A stretch of DNA of 63,626 bases, the filler included, from Chiloscyllium plagiosum (Eukaryota), in NCBI RefSeq assembly GCF_004010195.1. It is 5 parts of one record of this genome, joined end to end, with 100 filler letters (N's around TTAATTAATTAA, not from the genome) between each part and the next. Parts side by side here need not be neighbours in the genome. Positions count along the whole stretch, not along the records: positions 22,483 to 47,702 come from NC_057714.1; positions 47,803 to 60,823 come from NC_057714.1; 3 more parts are not named here. One strand, given 5' to 3'. This document shows positions 37,805 to 51,300 of the stretch, one piece after another. The translations under genes and the position numbers were made by a program. Numbering within the stretch: position 1 is the stretch's first letter; every line of letters begins with the position of its first letter. The notes under the pieces are model-generated. The model did not search any database and had not been told where the DNA came from. It was given only the letters and a program-made list of their open reading frames with translations.

Positions 37805-39410
37805 CTAGAGTCAGAGATATATAGCATGGAAATAAACCCTTCAGTCCAACTTGTCCATGCCGACCAGATGTCATAAATTAATCTAGTCTCATTTGTTAGC
37901 ACTTGGTCCATATCCCTCTAAACCCTTCCTATTCATGTATCCATCCAGATGCCTTTTAAATGTTGTAATTGTTCCAGCCTCCATCACTTCCTCTGGCAGT
38001 TCATTCCATATACACACCACCCTCTGTGTGAGAAAGTTGCCCTCTTTTAAATCTTTCCCTTCTCACCTTAAACCTATGCTCTCTATTTTGGACTAGTCTC
38101 ACCTCAGGAGAATGACCTTATCTATTCAGCCTAACCCCATGCTCCTCATGATTTTATAAACCTCTAAAAAGGTCATCCTTTAGCCTCCAATGCTTCAGGG
38201 AAAATAGTCCCAGCCTATTCAGCCTCTCCCTATAGCTCAAATCCTCCAACCCTGGCAACATCCTTGTAAATCTTTTCTGAACACTTTCAAGTTTTGCAAC
38301 ATCTTTCCGATAGCAGGGAGAGCAGAACTGATTGCAAAAGTGGCCTATCAAATATCCTGTACAGCCGCAACATGACCCCCAAACCTCTATAGTCAATGCA
38401 CTGACCAATAAAGGCAAATATACCAAATACTTTCTTCAGTATTGTGTCTACTGTGACTCTACTTTCAATGAATTATGAACCTGTACTCCAAGGTCTCTTT
38501 GTTCAGCAACACTCCCCAGGATCTTGCCATTAAGTGTATAAGTCCTGCCCTGATTTGCCTTTCCAAAATACATATCTCACATTTATCTAAATCAAACTCC
38601 ACCTGCCATTCCTCAGCCCATTGGCCCATCTGATCAAGGTCCCATTGTTCTTCACTGTCCACTACACCTCCAATTTTGGTGTCATCTGCAAACTTACTAA
38701 CTATACCTCCTATATTCACATCCAAATCACTTATATAAATGATGAAAAGCAGTGAACCCAGCACTGATCCTTGTGGCACTCCACTGGACACAGGCCTCCA
38801 GTCTGGAAAACAACCTTCCACCACCACCCTCTATCTCCTACCAATGGCTAGATCTCCCTGTGTTCTATGTGATCTAATCTTGCTAACCAGTCTACCATGA
38901 ATCATAGAATCCTCACAGTGTGGAAACAGTCCTTAGGCCCAACATGTCCACACCGACCTTCCGAAGAGTAACCCACGAAGACCCATTCCCCTACTACTCT
39001 ACATCTACCCCAGACTAATGCATCTAACCTACACATCCCTGAACACTATTAGCAATTTAGCATGGGCAAATTCACCTAACCTGCAAACCTTTGGATTGTG
39101 GGAGGAAACCAGAATCTTATTGAATGCCTTACTGAAGTCCATATAGATCACGTCTACCCTCATCAATCCTCTTCATTACTTCTTCAAAAAACTCAATCAA
39201 GTTAGTGAGAGACAATTTCCCATGTACAAAGCAATGTTGATTATCCCTAATCAGTCTTTGACTTTCCAAATACAAGCACATCCTGTCCTTCAGAAATCTC
39301 TCCAATAACCTGCCCATACCAATGTCAGGCTCACCAGTCTATAGTTCTCTGGCTTTTTCTTACCACCTTCCTTAAATAGTGGTACCACGTTAGCCAACCT
39401 CCAATTGCTA
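37805..39410 (-). mobile_element. CR1 (HER1-like) RT fragment containing a partial HE1 SINE (~38900-39112)
   Basis: SSGVPQGSVLG...SKFADDTK; LSLTNLIEFFEEV; WRLANVVPLFK. Confidence 0.9.
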
Positions 39411-39857
39411 TAGCTTTTACTTATGTCGTAATAAAGAACCATACAATCCCACTTCACCACCCCCTCACCGCTCACAGTCCCTATATGAGTGTCTGGTTAA
39501 ACAGCATAAGTTCTCTGTACCATGTCTTGCAGCCCAGAGCAGAACACCTCGCTTTCCAGTCTCGGGTAGCAGCTGTAGCTCAACGGACAGCACCCCTCTC
39601 TCTGAGTCAGAGAATTGTATGTTCAACTCTTCCTCCAAGACTTGAAGAGGCATAAGGATGTGCAAGTGCTGCTTTTTCAGATGCCAAGTTAAGCCAGGCC
39701 TGCCTGCTCTCACAGGCAAAATCAAAAGATCCCATGACATTACTTGAACAGTGGAGTAGCTTTGATATCGTTATTCATTGATCTCATTGTTGTCTGCCGG
39801 TCTGTACTGTGCATAAACTGACTTGCCTACAGTGGTGACTTTACTCATGGCTGACAG

Positions 39858-41880
39858 TTGATTGATTGATTTATTGTCACGTGTACCGGAGGACAGTGAA
39901 AAGCTTTGTTTATGGGCAACACAGGCTAATCATGGTAAGCAAGGATGTACAGATCAGGGGTTGTAAAAAGACTTAGAGGCACACAGGTTACATTGCACAG
40001 GGATCGGCAAGATCAATGTTAGTAAGATCAGCATCATTTGAAGCTCAAGGTTTCATTCAGCAGTCTAAAAACAGCTGGGAAGAAGCTGTTTCTAAACCAA
40101 CTGGTGCGTGTGTTCAGGTTTCTGTATCTTCTGCCTGAAGGAAGAGGTTGTCGGAGATCATTATTGGGTTGTGATGGATGTTTGATGATGGTAGCCTTTC
40201 CGCGGCAGCGAGCTGTGTAAATGGAGTCCATGGGCTGTGCTTACCACCCTCTGTAGTTTCTTACAGTCCTGGGCAGAGCAGTGTCCTATAGCAGGCAGTT
40301 ATGCTCCTGGACAGTATGCTTTCAATGATGCAACATTAAAAGTTAGTGAAGGTCCTTATAGACATGCCAAATTTCCTGAGTGGCCTGAGGAAGAAGAGGT
40401 GTTATTGTGCCTTCTTGACCATCACATCTCCATGGGAAGTCCAGGTCAGGTTGTCAGTTATTGTCACTCTGAGGAACTTGATGCTCTCCACCTTCTCAAC
40501 CTCTACTCCAGTGATGTCGATGGGGACGTATTCTCCTCCTTCCTTCCCAAAGTCAATGATCAGTTCCTTAGTTTTGCCGACGTTGAGAGAGAGGTTGTCT
40601 CCATTGCACCACGTCACCAAGTCCTCTATCTCCCTTCTGTACTCTGAGTTGTTTGATATCCATCTTACCACAGCGGTGTCATCAGCAAACCTATAAATGG
40701 CGTTCATTTGGAATTTGGCCACACAGTTGTGGGTGTACAGGGAGTACAGTTGGGGGCTGAGAATGCATCCTTAAGGGGGGTGGGGGTGGGGTCCTCCAGT
40801 TTTGAGGGTTATTGTGGAGGAAGTCAATAGACAATTGACAATAGACAATAGACAATAGATGCAGGAGTAGGCCATTCAGCCCTTCGAGCCTGCACCGCCA
40901 TTCAATATAATCATGGCTGATCATTCCTAATCAGTATCCTGTTCCTGCCTTATATCCATAACCCTTGATTCCACTATCTTTGAGAGCTCTATCCAACTCC
41001 TTCTTAAATGAATCCAGTGAGTGGGCCTCTACTGCCCCCTGTGGCAGAGCATTCCACACAGCCACCACTCTCTGGGTGAAGACGTTTCTCCTGAGCTCAA
41101 GTGCAGTTGTTGATCTTCACTGATTGCGGTCTGTGGGTCAGGAAGCTGAGGATCCGGTTGTAGAGGATGGAGCTGAGACTAAGGTCACAGAATTTTGAGC
41201 TCACTCTGAAGGGGATAATGGTGTGGAAGGCAGAGCTGTAGTCAATGAGCAGAGTCTGATGTAAGCGTGTTTTGTTGTTCAGATGTTCCAGGAATGAGTG
41301 TGAGGCTGGGGAAAGGACATCCGCCGTGGACCTGTTACATCAGGAGGCAAACTTTGAGGATGGAGGCAGGCTGGGAGACTGGAGCTGATGTGAGCCACGT
41401 CCAGCCTCACGAAGCCCTTCATGATTATTGAGGTCACAGTCATTGGGCGATAGTCATTTTTTAGGGACGGCGATAATGGTGGTCTTCTTGAAGCAGGTGG
41501 GGACTTTGGCTTGTAGGAGGGAGAGGTTGAAGATCTCAGTGAATATCTCCACCAGCCGGTCTGCACTGGATCGAAGTGCTTGGCTGGGAACTCTGTCTGG
41601 GCCCGTCTCTTTCCTTGGGTTCATTCTCAGGAAGACCGATCCGAGGTCTGCAGTGGTGACCGAGGGAACAGGCGCATCCAGGGCTGTGGGGCAGGTGACT
41701 CCGCGCCGCTGGCACTCTGCTCGAACCCAGCATCGAAAGGACTGAGCACATCAGAGAGGGATGTGTCTTTGTCTGCTATGTTGTTCTGTTTCATTTTGTA
41801 TCCCATTATGTTGTGAAGGCCTTGCTATACACAACAGGAGTCTGATTGGTAAGTGTAGGCCTCTAACTTAGTTTGATGCA
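39858..41880 (-). mobile_element. Rex1/Babar-like LINE RT region, interrupted by a CR1 tail
   Basis: NDYRPMTVTSIIMK, YRFADDTAVV...LSLNVGKTKELIIDF, RTSWFRNSFFPAVFRLLN; (TCAA)n tail. Confidence 0.9.
40828..41093 (-). mobile_element. CR1 3' tail insertion within the Rex1-like element
   Basis: (ACAATAG)n tail and GCAGGAGTAGGCCATTCAGCCCTTCGAGCCTGC. Confidence 0.85.
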
Positions 41881-44529
41881 TAAAGCATTATCTCTGCTCT
41901 GTTGACAAGGCAGCAGCAACAGCAGAACGGAACTGTTATCACAGTGACTGAAGGATGAGCTGTCTGCATCTCAGAGTAGAGGTTAGAGGACTGTGGCAGA
42001 GTAAGTAGGTCCTTTGTACTGTGATTGTATATCAATCCAAACAATCTCTCAGTTAGCAGGTTGAGGGTTCAAGCCCCACATAGCCTCATTTGGAACTTCA
42101 GCACAATACTGAGGGAACGCTGCATATTGAGAGGTGCCAACATTCAGACATATTGAACAGAGGCTGTGGCAGGTTTAAAAAAAGTGGTTCACAACTGCTT
42201 ATCTTATTGCATCTTTGGGATCGTGCTGTGCCCAACATTACTGTCACATTTGTCTAAAAACAAGCACAATAATTACACTTAAGGAACTATAAACTACAAG
42301 AGGTGGCGAAAGGGAGGGGGATCAGTGAATGGAGGAGAAATTGTGAGAGGAAGGGAAGCAGCAAGTGGGAGAGAGGCAGACAGTGGAAGAGGCAGAGAGA
42401 ATGGAGAGAGGAAGCCAGAGGGAATGGGATCAGTGTGTGGGCTGTAAGAAAAACAAGTGCTGGCAGCAAGCAGCCTAAGGGCTGGGAAGTGAATGCTGTA
42501 ATAGAATATTTTGAAAGGAGAAGGGCTCACCAAAATGTGAGATGTTTGCTTATGTTATAATCATATAACATAATTTGATATTTTAGCTCTCCTGACCAGT
42601 ATTTTAACCTACATTATTTTTTATTTTTTCTCCAAATTACTTGCAGATTTTTACTTGAAGAAATACTTCAACCACACGATACCCCCATCAATACACTCCT
42701 TGGTATAGACACCGGCTTCATTCTTTTCACTCCTTTCCCATTATAATTTGGTTACTTTGTAGCTCCTATCGTGCATGTTCCTAACATGTTGCAGTCAAGA
42801 ATCTATTCTCTAAAATCCCCACTAAAGTTCATTCTCTGCTGTTGCCATTCCAATGTAAACCTAACCCGATGATATACATTGTATTTCCAAAGTGTTGTCT
42901 GCCAGGGATTGATACATTCTATCAAGTCCCAAATAGGCCCTCTTAGTGCGAGTTCCTTAACGATTTGAGTCATGTAACAGTCCAGCATCATGTTCAGAAA
43001 CACTGTTTTTGTTCAACCTATAAGATTTTGTCATTCAGCAGCACCAAATTGTTACTTTTTATCTATCGTCTTTAGTTTGTTCTTGTACTGAATGTAATAG
43101 GTCTCCCCAACTATTTCACTTTGTACATCATTTGGTTCTCCTTCATGAAAAAGACCATTTCCACCCACCCCTCTGTAGTCTCCAAAGTTGAGAGAACTCT
43201 GCATTTGTCTGATTCAGGCACATTGCGCACTCAATCCACTACACCCATACCATAAGCCATCCAGCATCTATACTCTGGAACCACTCTCCACAATTCTAGC
43301 CTCCTTTAAAACACAATTTGAAATCTAAATCTACAATCAAGTTTGGTCACCTGTTCTTCTTTGGTTTACAGGCTGAATACTGTCTGGAATTTATGTCTGT
43401 TCCACTCTTGTATAGTATTTTTGATGTTTTCCTACAGTAATAGCATCAGTTAAATGATAGTTGCTGTTGTTATTATCTTTAGTTCCTACAATGTAAGTTA
43501 TGTTTCTGCAAGATCTATGTGATGCATATCGCTGCTTAGGAATATTCACATGATAGTTTCTGTCACTAATGCAAAGCACTAGAACCCACATTTTGTTGTC
43601 TAGACTCCTGAATCGTATTCAGAATGTTGAGAAATCTAAAACCTAGCTTTTTGTGTGTTCTTCATTCTGTCTATATTCAATCTGTCTTCTCTCTATAGTG
43701 TTCCATGTTATTATGGGGCCTGCTTACTTTTCCTATGAGCTGCATTTAAATTTTGCCCTATTATTTGTTTCATTGCAATAGACATCTTGCCCTTGGGACT
43801 TGCCCAGTTCTGCTGGTCATTTCCCCTTCTCTTTCAGACTCTCTTTTTTCCAATCTTTTCATCCTTTAATACTGCAAATGCCTTCCTGCCAATCCATATT
43901 TGGCACTAGAATAAGCAAGGCTTTTGTCTGAGGCTTTTTGTTTTCTTTAACTTAGAATATGCTAACAATCCACAGTTATATAGCACTTTTAACATGTGAA
44001 CATCTCAGAGCATTTCACACGTGTGATGTCAGACAAAACCTAAACACCAAGTTCAAAGGGAGATATCAGGACTGATGACAAGAGGCCAAGCCAACTGTTA
44101 AGTTTTAAGGCATACCTAAAAACCTGGAGAAAGGAGGGAAGAAGGGGTATTTAAAAGTGGGAAATGTGGATCTCAAGTTCCAGGCAACAGAAAACACTGG
44201 GGGTTTGGGTGGGGAGCCTCTGAAAACCAGGAGGACGATTTTGAACACCAGATGCCACTGGATCAGAAGCTCAGATGGGTCTTGAGCACCGGGCTGCTGG
44301 GTCAATTGGGTTAGGTTTAAATTGGGATGGGGCATAGTTTTGAATCAGCTCAATTTTATGGAAGGTGAAGTTTAGAGACTCATTAGGAAAACATTGTCAC
44401 CTAATGACAAATCAGTTCCAAACACTGATGGAGTTTTCAGCAGACTCATCCTACAATACCTCCATCTTATTGTTATATTTGTCTGTAAAAAAGCTATAAA
44501 CTAGTTAAAACTATGCCCATTTTGGATTC

Positions 44530-45405
44530 TGCCAAGGCCACTCAGCTCCTGACCTCATGACTGCCTTGGTTCATACATGTACAAAAGAGTTGAATTCCAG
44601 AGGGGAGGGGAGAGAACAGCCCTGACATCAAGGCTGCATTCAATCGAATGTGGTATCAAGGAGCCCTAGAAAAGCTAGAATCAATGGGTTTTGGCAGGCA
44701 AACTTTCCAATGGTTGGAGTCATTCCTGACACATAGGAAGATCGCTATTGGAGGTCAATCATCTCAGCTCCAGGACATCTCTGTGGGAGTTTCTCAGGGT
44801 AGTGTCCTTGGCCCAACCATCTTCAGCTGCTTCATCAATGACCTCCCCTCCATCAATAAGGTCAGAAGTGGGGATGCTCGCCAATAATTGCACAATGTTC
44901 AGTACCATTCATGACTGCTGAGATACCAAAGCAGTCCACATTCAATTGTGACAAGATCTGGACAATATCCAGGCTTGGACTGACAATTGGCAACTAGCAT
45001 TCATGCCACACAAGTGCCAGGCAATGACCATCACTAATAAGAGACAATCCAACCACTGGTCTTTGACATTCAATGCTGTTACAACATGGAATCCCCCCCA
45101 ATATCAACATCCTGGGGATTACCATTGACCAGGAACTCATCTGGACTCACCTCATAAACACAGTGGCTACAAGAGCAAGTCAGAGACTGGGAATACAGTG
45201 GCATGTAACCCTCATCCTGACTACCCAAAGCCTGACCACTATCCACAAGGCACAAGTCAGGAGTGTGATAGAGTACTCCCCACCTGCCTGGGTGGGTGTA
45301 GGATGTTGCCTGACCTGCTGTGCTTTTCCAGCACCACACTCTCGACGCAGCTCCAACAACACCCAAGAAGTTTCACACCATCCGGGACAAAGCAGCCCGC
45401 TTAAT
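44530..45405 (+). mobile_element. CR1-clade LINE RT fragment (same family as 18140-20130)
   Basis: WLESFLTHRK...VSQGSVLGPTIFSCFINDLP; KAQVRSVIEYSPPAW; short PLE-arm insertion at ~45301-45345. Confidence 0.85.
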
Positions 45406-45849
45406 TGAACCCTTGAAGTTGTATTTTATACCTTTAAAACATTTAGTAAGTGAGGTTAATTGATGAAATAAATCGATGATTATAGATGTTTGGTTAGGTC
45501 TCAATAGTTCAGCATAAATGATTGCTAATTATAAAATTATAGGAGTTCACAGAGTGAAATGATTAATGAGATTGAATTAGGATTTGACTCCCCCGATACT
45601 TAGCAAGTTAATAGCATTTGCCTATGTGGACTGGATGAAAATCTGTTTGCTTGTAGTTAGCACCACTGGAAACCTTCATGGCAGAACTGGTTGTCTCATT
45701 TTGTTTGTTTGTAAAGATGCCTTTTTTTTCCAATCTGTTGCCTTTTGTCCTTTTTAAATATAAAAATAATTATTTCATGGGTATTATTACAAAATGCAGC
45801 CTTTAAATTGCCCTTGAAAACGAGGTAGTAAGCGACCTTCTTGAACAAC

Positions 45850-47232
45850 AAAATACTGAGGGAGGCAAGAGAAAACATTGCTGGAGCATTAGCAGACATC
45901 TTTGTATCCTCTTTGGCCACAGGTGAGGTCCCAGGGGACTGGACAATAGCCAACAGTAGCAGGGGTAATCCACGAAATTACAGGCCTGTGAGCATCACGT
46001 CAGTGATAGGAAAGTTATTGCAAAAGATTCTCAGGGACAAGATCTATATGCATTTAGAAACAAATGAACGTACTAGCAGCATGGTTTCATGCAAGGGAGG
46101 TCGTGCCTCACTAATTTGATCAAGTTTTTTGAAGAGGTGATGAAGATGATTGATGAGGGAAAAGCAGTTAAGGTCTGCAAGGACCTCAGTAAAGCCTTTG
46201 ATAAGTCTCAAGGCAGACTGGTACAAAAGCTGAAGTCAAGGGGTGAGCTGGCAAAATGGATAAAGAACTGACTTAGTCATTGGGAGACAGAGGGTAGTGT
46301 TGGAAGAATGCTTTTCGGAATGGAGGGTTGTGACTTGTGGGTGTTCCACATGGATCGGGCTGGGACCTCTGCTGTTTTTGGTCTACCTAAATGATTTGGA
46401 GGAAAACATGATTGGTCTAATTCGTAAGTTTGTGGATGATACAAAGATTGTTGGAGTTGCAGATAGTGAGGAGGATTGTCAGAGGTTACAGCAGGTTATA
46501 GGAGGTTGGAGGCATGGGCAGAAAAATGGCAGATAATTCGGAGAAATATGAGATGATGCATTTTGGAAGGTCAAGTACAGGTGGAAATTATACATATTGA
46601 ATGGCAGAACCCTTAAGAGCATTGATATGCAGAGGGATCTGGGTAGGCAGTTCCATAGATCACAGAGTATAAGGATAGGCAAGTTATGCTGCAGCTTTAT
46701 AAAAAACTTTAGTTAGGCCACACTTGGAATATTGCATACAGTTGTGGTCACCACACTACCAGAAGGATGTGGATAGTTTGGAGTATGTACAGCAAAGGTT
46801 TACCAGGATGTTGCCTAGTATGGGGGATTTTAGCTATAAAGAAAGTTTGGATAGATTGGGTTGGTTTTCACTGGAACGTAGGTGGTTGAGGGGTGACCTG
46901 ATAGACAATTGTAAGATTGTGAATGGCATGGAGGAGTCAATTACTAGGGAACATAGGTTCAAGATGTGGGGGCCGGGGGGGAGGTGGGGCAGAGACTTTT
47001 AAAGAGATGTGTGAGGCAGAGTTTTCCATACAAAGGGTGGTGAGTGCCTGGAACACGCTGTCAGACGAGGTGGTAGAAGCACAATAGCAACATTCAAAAA
47101 GCACCTGGATGAATACACAAATAGGAAGGGAACAGAGGGATGTGGATCCTGTAAGTGAAGACAGTTTAGTATCAACGCAGGACTGGAGGGTTGAAGGACC
47201 TGTTCCTGTGCTGTATTGTTCTTTATTCTAAC
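45850..47232 (+). mobile_element. CR1 LINE RT to 3' tail, decayed
   Basis: NYRPVSITSVIGK, GRSCLTNLIKFFEEV, KFVDDTK, EYCIQLWSPHYQKD. Confidence 0.9.
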
Positions 47233-47424
47233 TACAGACCAAAAGTTACCAACCTCATTGACATGGGCCTGGAGTTAGTTACCAATAATTGATGAGAATA
47301 ATGGTGACCATGAAACAAGTTGAAGGTTGTTTAAACATTTAAAATTTAACTTTCAGCAGCTGTCCTGGAGTGACCCTTCAAAAAGAGTCACTGGACCTAA
47401 AACGTTAACTGCTGTCTCTCCACA

Positions 47425-47702
47425 GATTAGATTAGATTAGATTAGATTACTTACAGTATGGAAACAGGCCCTTCGGCCCAACAAGTCCACTGGACCTAAA
47501 CGTTAACTGCTGTCTCTCCACAGATTAGATTAGATTAGATTAGATTACTTACAGTATGGAAACAGGCCCTTCGGCCCAACAAGTCCACACCGCCCCGCCG
47601 AAGCGCAACCCACCCATACCCCTACATTTACCCCTTACCTAACACTACGGGCAATTTAGCATGGCCAATTCACCTGACCTGCACATCTTTGGACTGTGGG
47701 AG
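47425..47702 (-). mobile_element. HE1 SINE 3' half with duplicated tail, truncated by gap
   Basis: Near-identical to 31402-31580. Confidence 0.85.
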
Positions 47703-47802
47703 NNNNNNNNNNNNNNNNNNNNNNNNNNNNNNNNNNNNNNNNNNNNTTAATTAATTAANNNNNNNNNNNNNNNNNNNNNNNNNNNNNNNNNNNNNNNNNN
47801 NN
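47703..47802. other. Artificial contig spacer
   Basis: 44N-TTAATTAATTAA-44N. Confidence 0.97.
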
Positions 47803-48328
47803 CAAACCCTCAATTTCTTTAGTCATCCAGCATTCCCTATACCTACTAGGCTTTCCTTTCACCCTGACAGGAACATACTTTCTCTGGATTCTTGTTATCT
47901 CATTTCTGAAGGCTTCCCATTTTCCAGCCGTCCCTTTACATGCGAATACCTGCCCCCAATCAGCTTTCGAAAGTTCTTGTCTACTACCGTCAAAATTGGC
48001 CTTTCTCCAATTTAGAACTTCAAATTTTAGATCTGGTCTATCCTTTTCCATCATTATTTTGAATCTAATAGAATTATGGTCGCTGGCCCCAAAGTGCTCC
48101 CCCACTGACACCTCAGTCACCTGCCCTGCCTTATTTCCCAAGAGTCGGTCAAGTTTTGCACCTTCTCTAGTATGTACAGCCACATACTGAATCAGAAAAT
48201 TGTCTTGTACGCACTTAACAAATTCCTCTCCATCTAAACCTTTAACACTATGGCAACCCCAGTCTATATTTGGAAAGTTACCCTACATAACCACCCTATT
48301 ATTCTTGCAGATAGCTGAGGTCTCCTTA
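47803..48328 (-). mobile_element. CR1 (HER1-like) endonuclease-region fragment
   Basis: TREGAKLDRLLGNKAGQVTEVSVGEHFGASDHNSI, closely similar to 22027-22382. Confidence 0.9.
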
Positions 48329-51300
48329 GTCTCGGGCCTACCTGGACGATCATGGCTAGCCACTCGATTAGGTGGTGCAGCTGGAATGTCAAGGGGAGCC
48401 ATGCGCCAATCAAAAGGAAAAAGATATTATCAAATCTTAAAAAGGAAAGGGTTGATGCATCTCTTTTACAGGAGACACATCTACTTGATAAGGAATGCTC
48501 AAAGCTGCAACAGAGTGGGTTTGCCCAGATGTTCTTCTCATCTTTCAGCACAAAATGTAGGGGAGTAGCCATTCTTATTCAGAAGAATCTTCCCTTCCAA
48601 ATGTTAAGCCAGATAAAAGATGAGTCTGGACGGTACATATTGATCAAAGCCCGAATATACGGAGAAGAATACGGGATTTTGAATCTTTATTGTCCCCGGC
48701 ACATCCTTTTAAATTTGTAACGGAAGCGCTCTCTAAGTTAATGGCTTTCGGGGTCCGCCATACAATTATAGGGGGAGATTTTAATTGTATACCACACTTA
48801 CTCAAACAGCAACGAGGGAAAAACTATTCATGAAGCAGAGATTATTTGAATATGGTGACAAGCCTGGCAGGTATCTAGCGTACCTTGCCAGAAAGAAAAA
48901 GGCTCCCCAAGCCATTATGTCCATTAGAGAAAGTACTGGTACCCTGACTCAGTCTATATTTGGAAAGTTACCCTACATAACCACCCTATTATTCTTACAG
49001 ATAGCTGAGGTCTCCTTAGTCTCAGGCCTACCTGGACGATCATGGCTAGCCACTCGTTTAGGTGGTGCATCTGGAATGTCAAGGGGAGCCACTCACCAAT
49101 CAAAAGGAAAAAGATATTATCAAGTCTTAAAAGTTGATGTAGCTCTTTTACAGGAGACACATCTACTTGATAAGGAACACTCAAAGCTGCAACAGAGTGG
49201 GTTTGCCCAGATGTTCTTCTCATCTTTCTGCTCAAAATGTAGGGGAGTAGCCATTCTTATTCAGAAGAATCTTCCCTTCCAAATGTTAAGCCAGATAAAA
49301 GATGAGTCTGGACGGTACATATTGATCAAAACCCAAATATACGGAGAGGAATACGGGATTTTGAATCTTTATTGTCCCGGGCACATCCTTTTAAATTTGT
49401 AACGGAAGCGCTCTCTAAGTTAATGGTTTTCGGGGTCCGCCATACAATTATAGGGGGAGATTTTAATTGTATTATTGACCTGGAGATGGACAGGATACCT
49501 AGGAGCACTGCGGGTATATCTCTGAGATCTAGGCAACTGGTAGATCTGAACAAGGAGCTAGGACTAGTAGATGTGTGGAGGTGTCTTCGCCCCCAGGGCA
49601 GAGACTTTACTTTCTACTCTACCCCACACAAGTGCCATACCAGAATTGATATGTTTTTTGCCCCCTCGACCTTTTTGAATTCGATACTGTCTTGTAAAAT
49701 AGGTAACATAGCTATTTCTGATCATGCTGCAGTATGTATGGAAGTTAAGACCAGGGATGAGGGGATAGGACCCCGACATTGGCGTATGGATCCTTTCTTA
49801 TTGAAGGATAGCAAATTTATAAAGTATTTTTCGCAGGAATTCAAACCTTCTTGGATATCAACTCTGGTATGGCTACTAACCCCTCAATGATGTGGGAGAT
49901 CACTAAGGCATACGGGCGAGGCTTGGTCATCTCATATTCTGCAACCCGGAAAAGGCAAAAGGGAGAGCAACAGCGCCTGCTCGAGGCTCACTTGAAGGCA
50001 GCTGAAATTGCGTATGTTGATAGGCCCCTCCATTATTAAACTACAAAGGATCACCGCCCTTAGGGCAGCCTTGAATACCACACTTACTCAAACAGCAAAG
50101 AGGGAAAAACTATTCATGAAGCAGAGATTATTTGAATATGGTGACAAGCCTGGCAGGTATCTAGCGTACCTTGCCAGAAAGAAAAAGGCTCCCCAAGCCA
50201 TTACGTCTTTTAGAGAAAGTACTGGTACCCTGACTTGTGATTGTAAAAAGATCAATACAGCTTTTAGAAAGTTTTATTCTGAATTGTATAAGTCGCAGGA
50301 CTGTGAGGATAGAACTAGGAAGATTCCGGACCTAACCTCGGAGCAGGTATCAATCTTGAATGCCTCCTTGACAACCCAGGAAGTACAGAACGTGATTAGG
50401 CAGCTTCAGCGTGGTAAAGTGCCTGGGCCAGACAGATTCCAAGTTGAGTTCTATAAAGAATTTATAGGGAAACTGGTCGGGCCACTCATAAATATGTGTA
50501 ATTATTCACACAGTCAGGGCTGCCTCCCGCCTTCATTGAGAGAAGCAAATATTTCTCTCATTCTTAAAAAGGGAAAGGCTCCAGAAGATTGCTCATCATA
50601 TAGACCCATATCCTTGCTAAATGTGGATTTCAAAATTCTTTCAAAACTGCTAGCATTAAGACTGAAGAGGGTTTTACCATTCATTATAAAAGAGGACCAG
50701 GTGGTGTTTATAAAGGGTCGCAGGTCAACTAATAATATTAGAAGGGTCTTAAATATGGTACAAGCCTGCCAGCAGGGAGCAATGCCAGGTTTAGTTGTCT
50801 CCCTCGATGCAGAAAAGGCATTCGATCGGGTAGAATGGCCATTTTTTTTTATACGTTGGAACGTTTTGGTATTGGAGAGGTCTTTGCTAAATGGGTTTCA
50901 GTATTATATAATGATCCCAAAGCAGCGGTGATCATCAAGTTTAAGTTTAGGTTTAAGTTCAGATGGCTTTAGCGTTGCAGAGGCTGTCACCAGGGATGTC
51001 CTCTCTCACCATTATTATTTACGCTTGTGATTGAGTCGCTGGCGGAGGCTATACGAACTGACCCTAATATAATGGCTCCAGAGGTTGGACCGGGTAAGCA
51101 CAAAATTGCTCTCTACGCGGATGGTATCCTCCTCTTCTTAAGTGATCCTTTGACATCTGTACCCCGCTTAATTCAAGTGGTCAATTTATTCGGTATGATC
51201 TCACGTTACAAAATCAATTTATGAAATCGGAGGTCATGCCTTTGGGAGGCCTTGCCAGTATACCTAATTTACCGGATGGATCCTGTTTTCCCTTTCGGTG

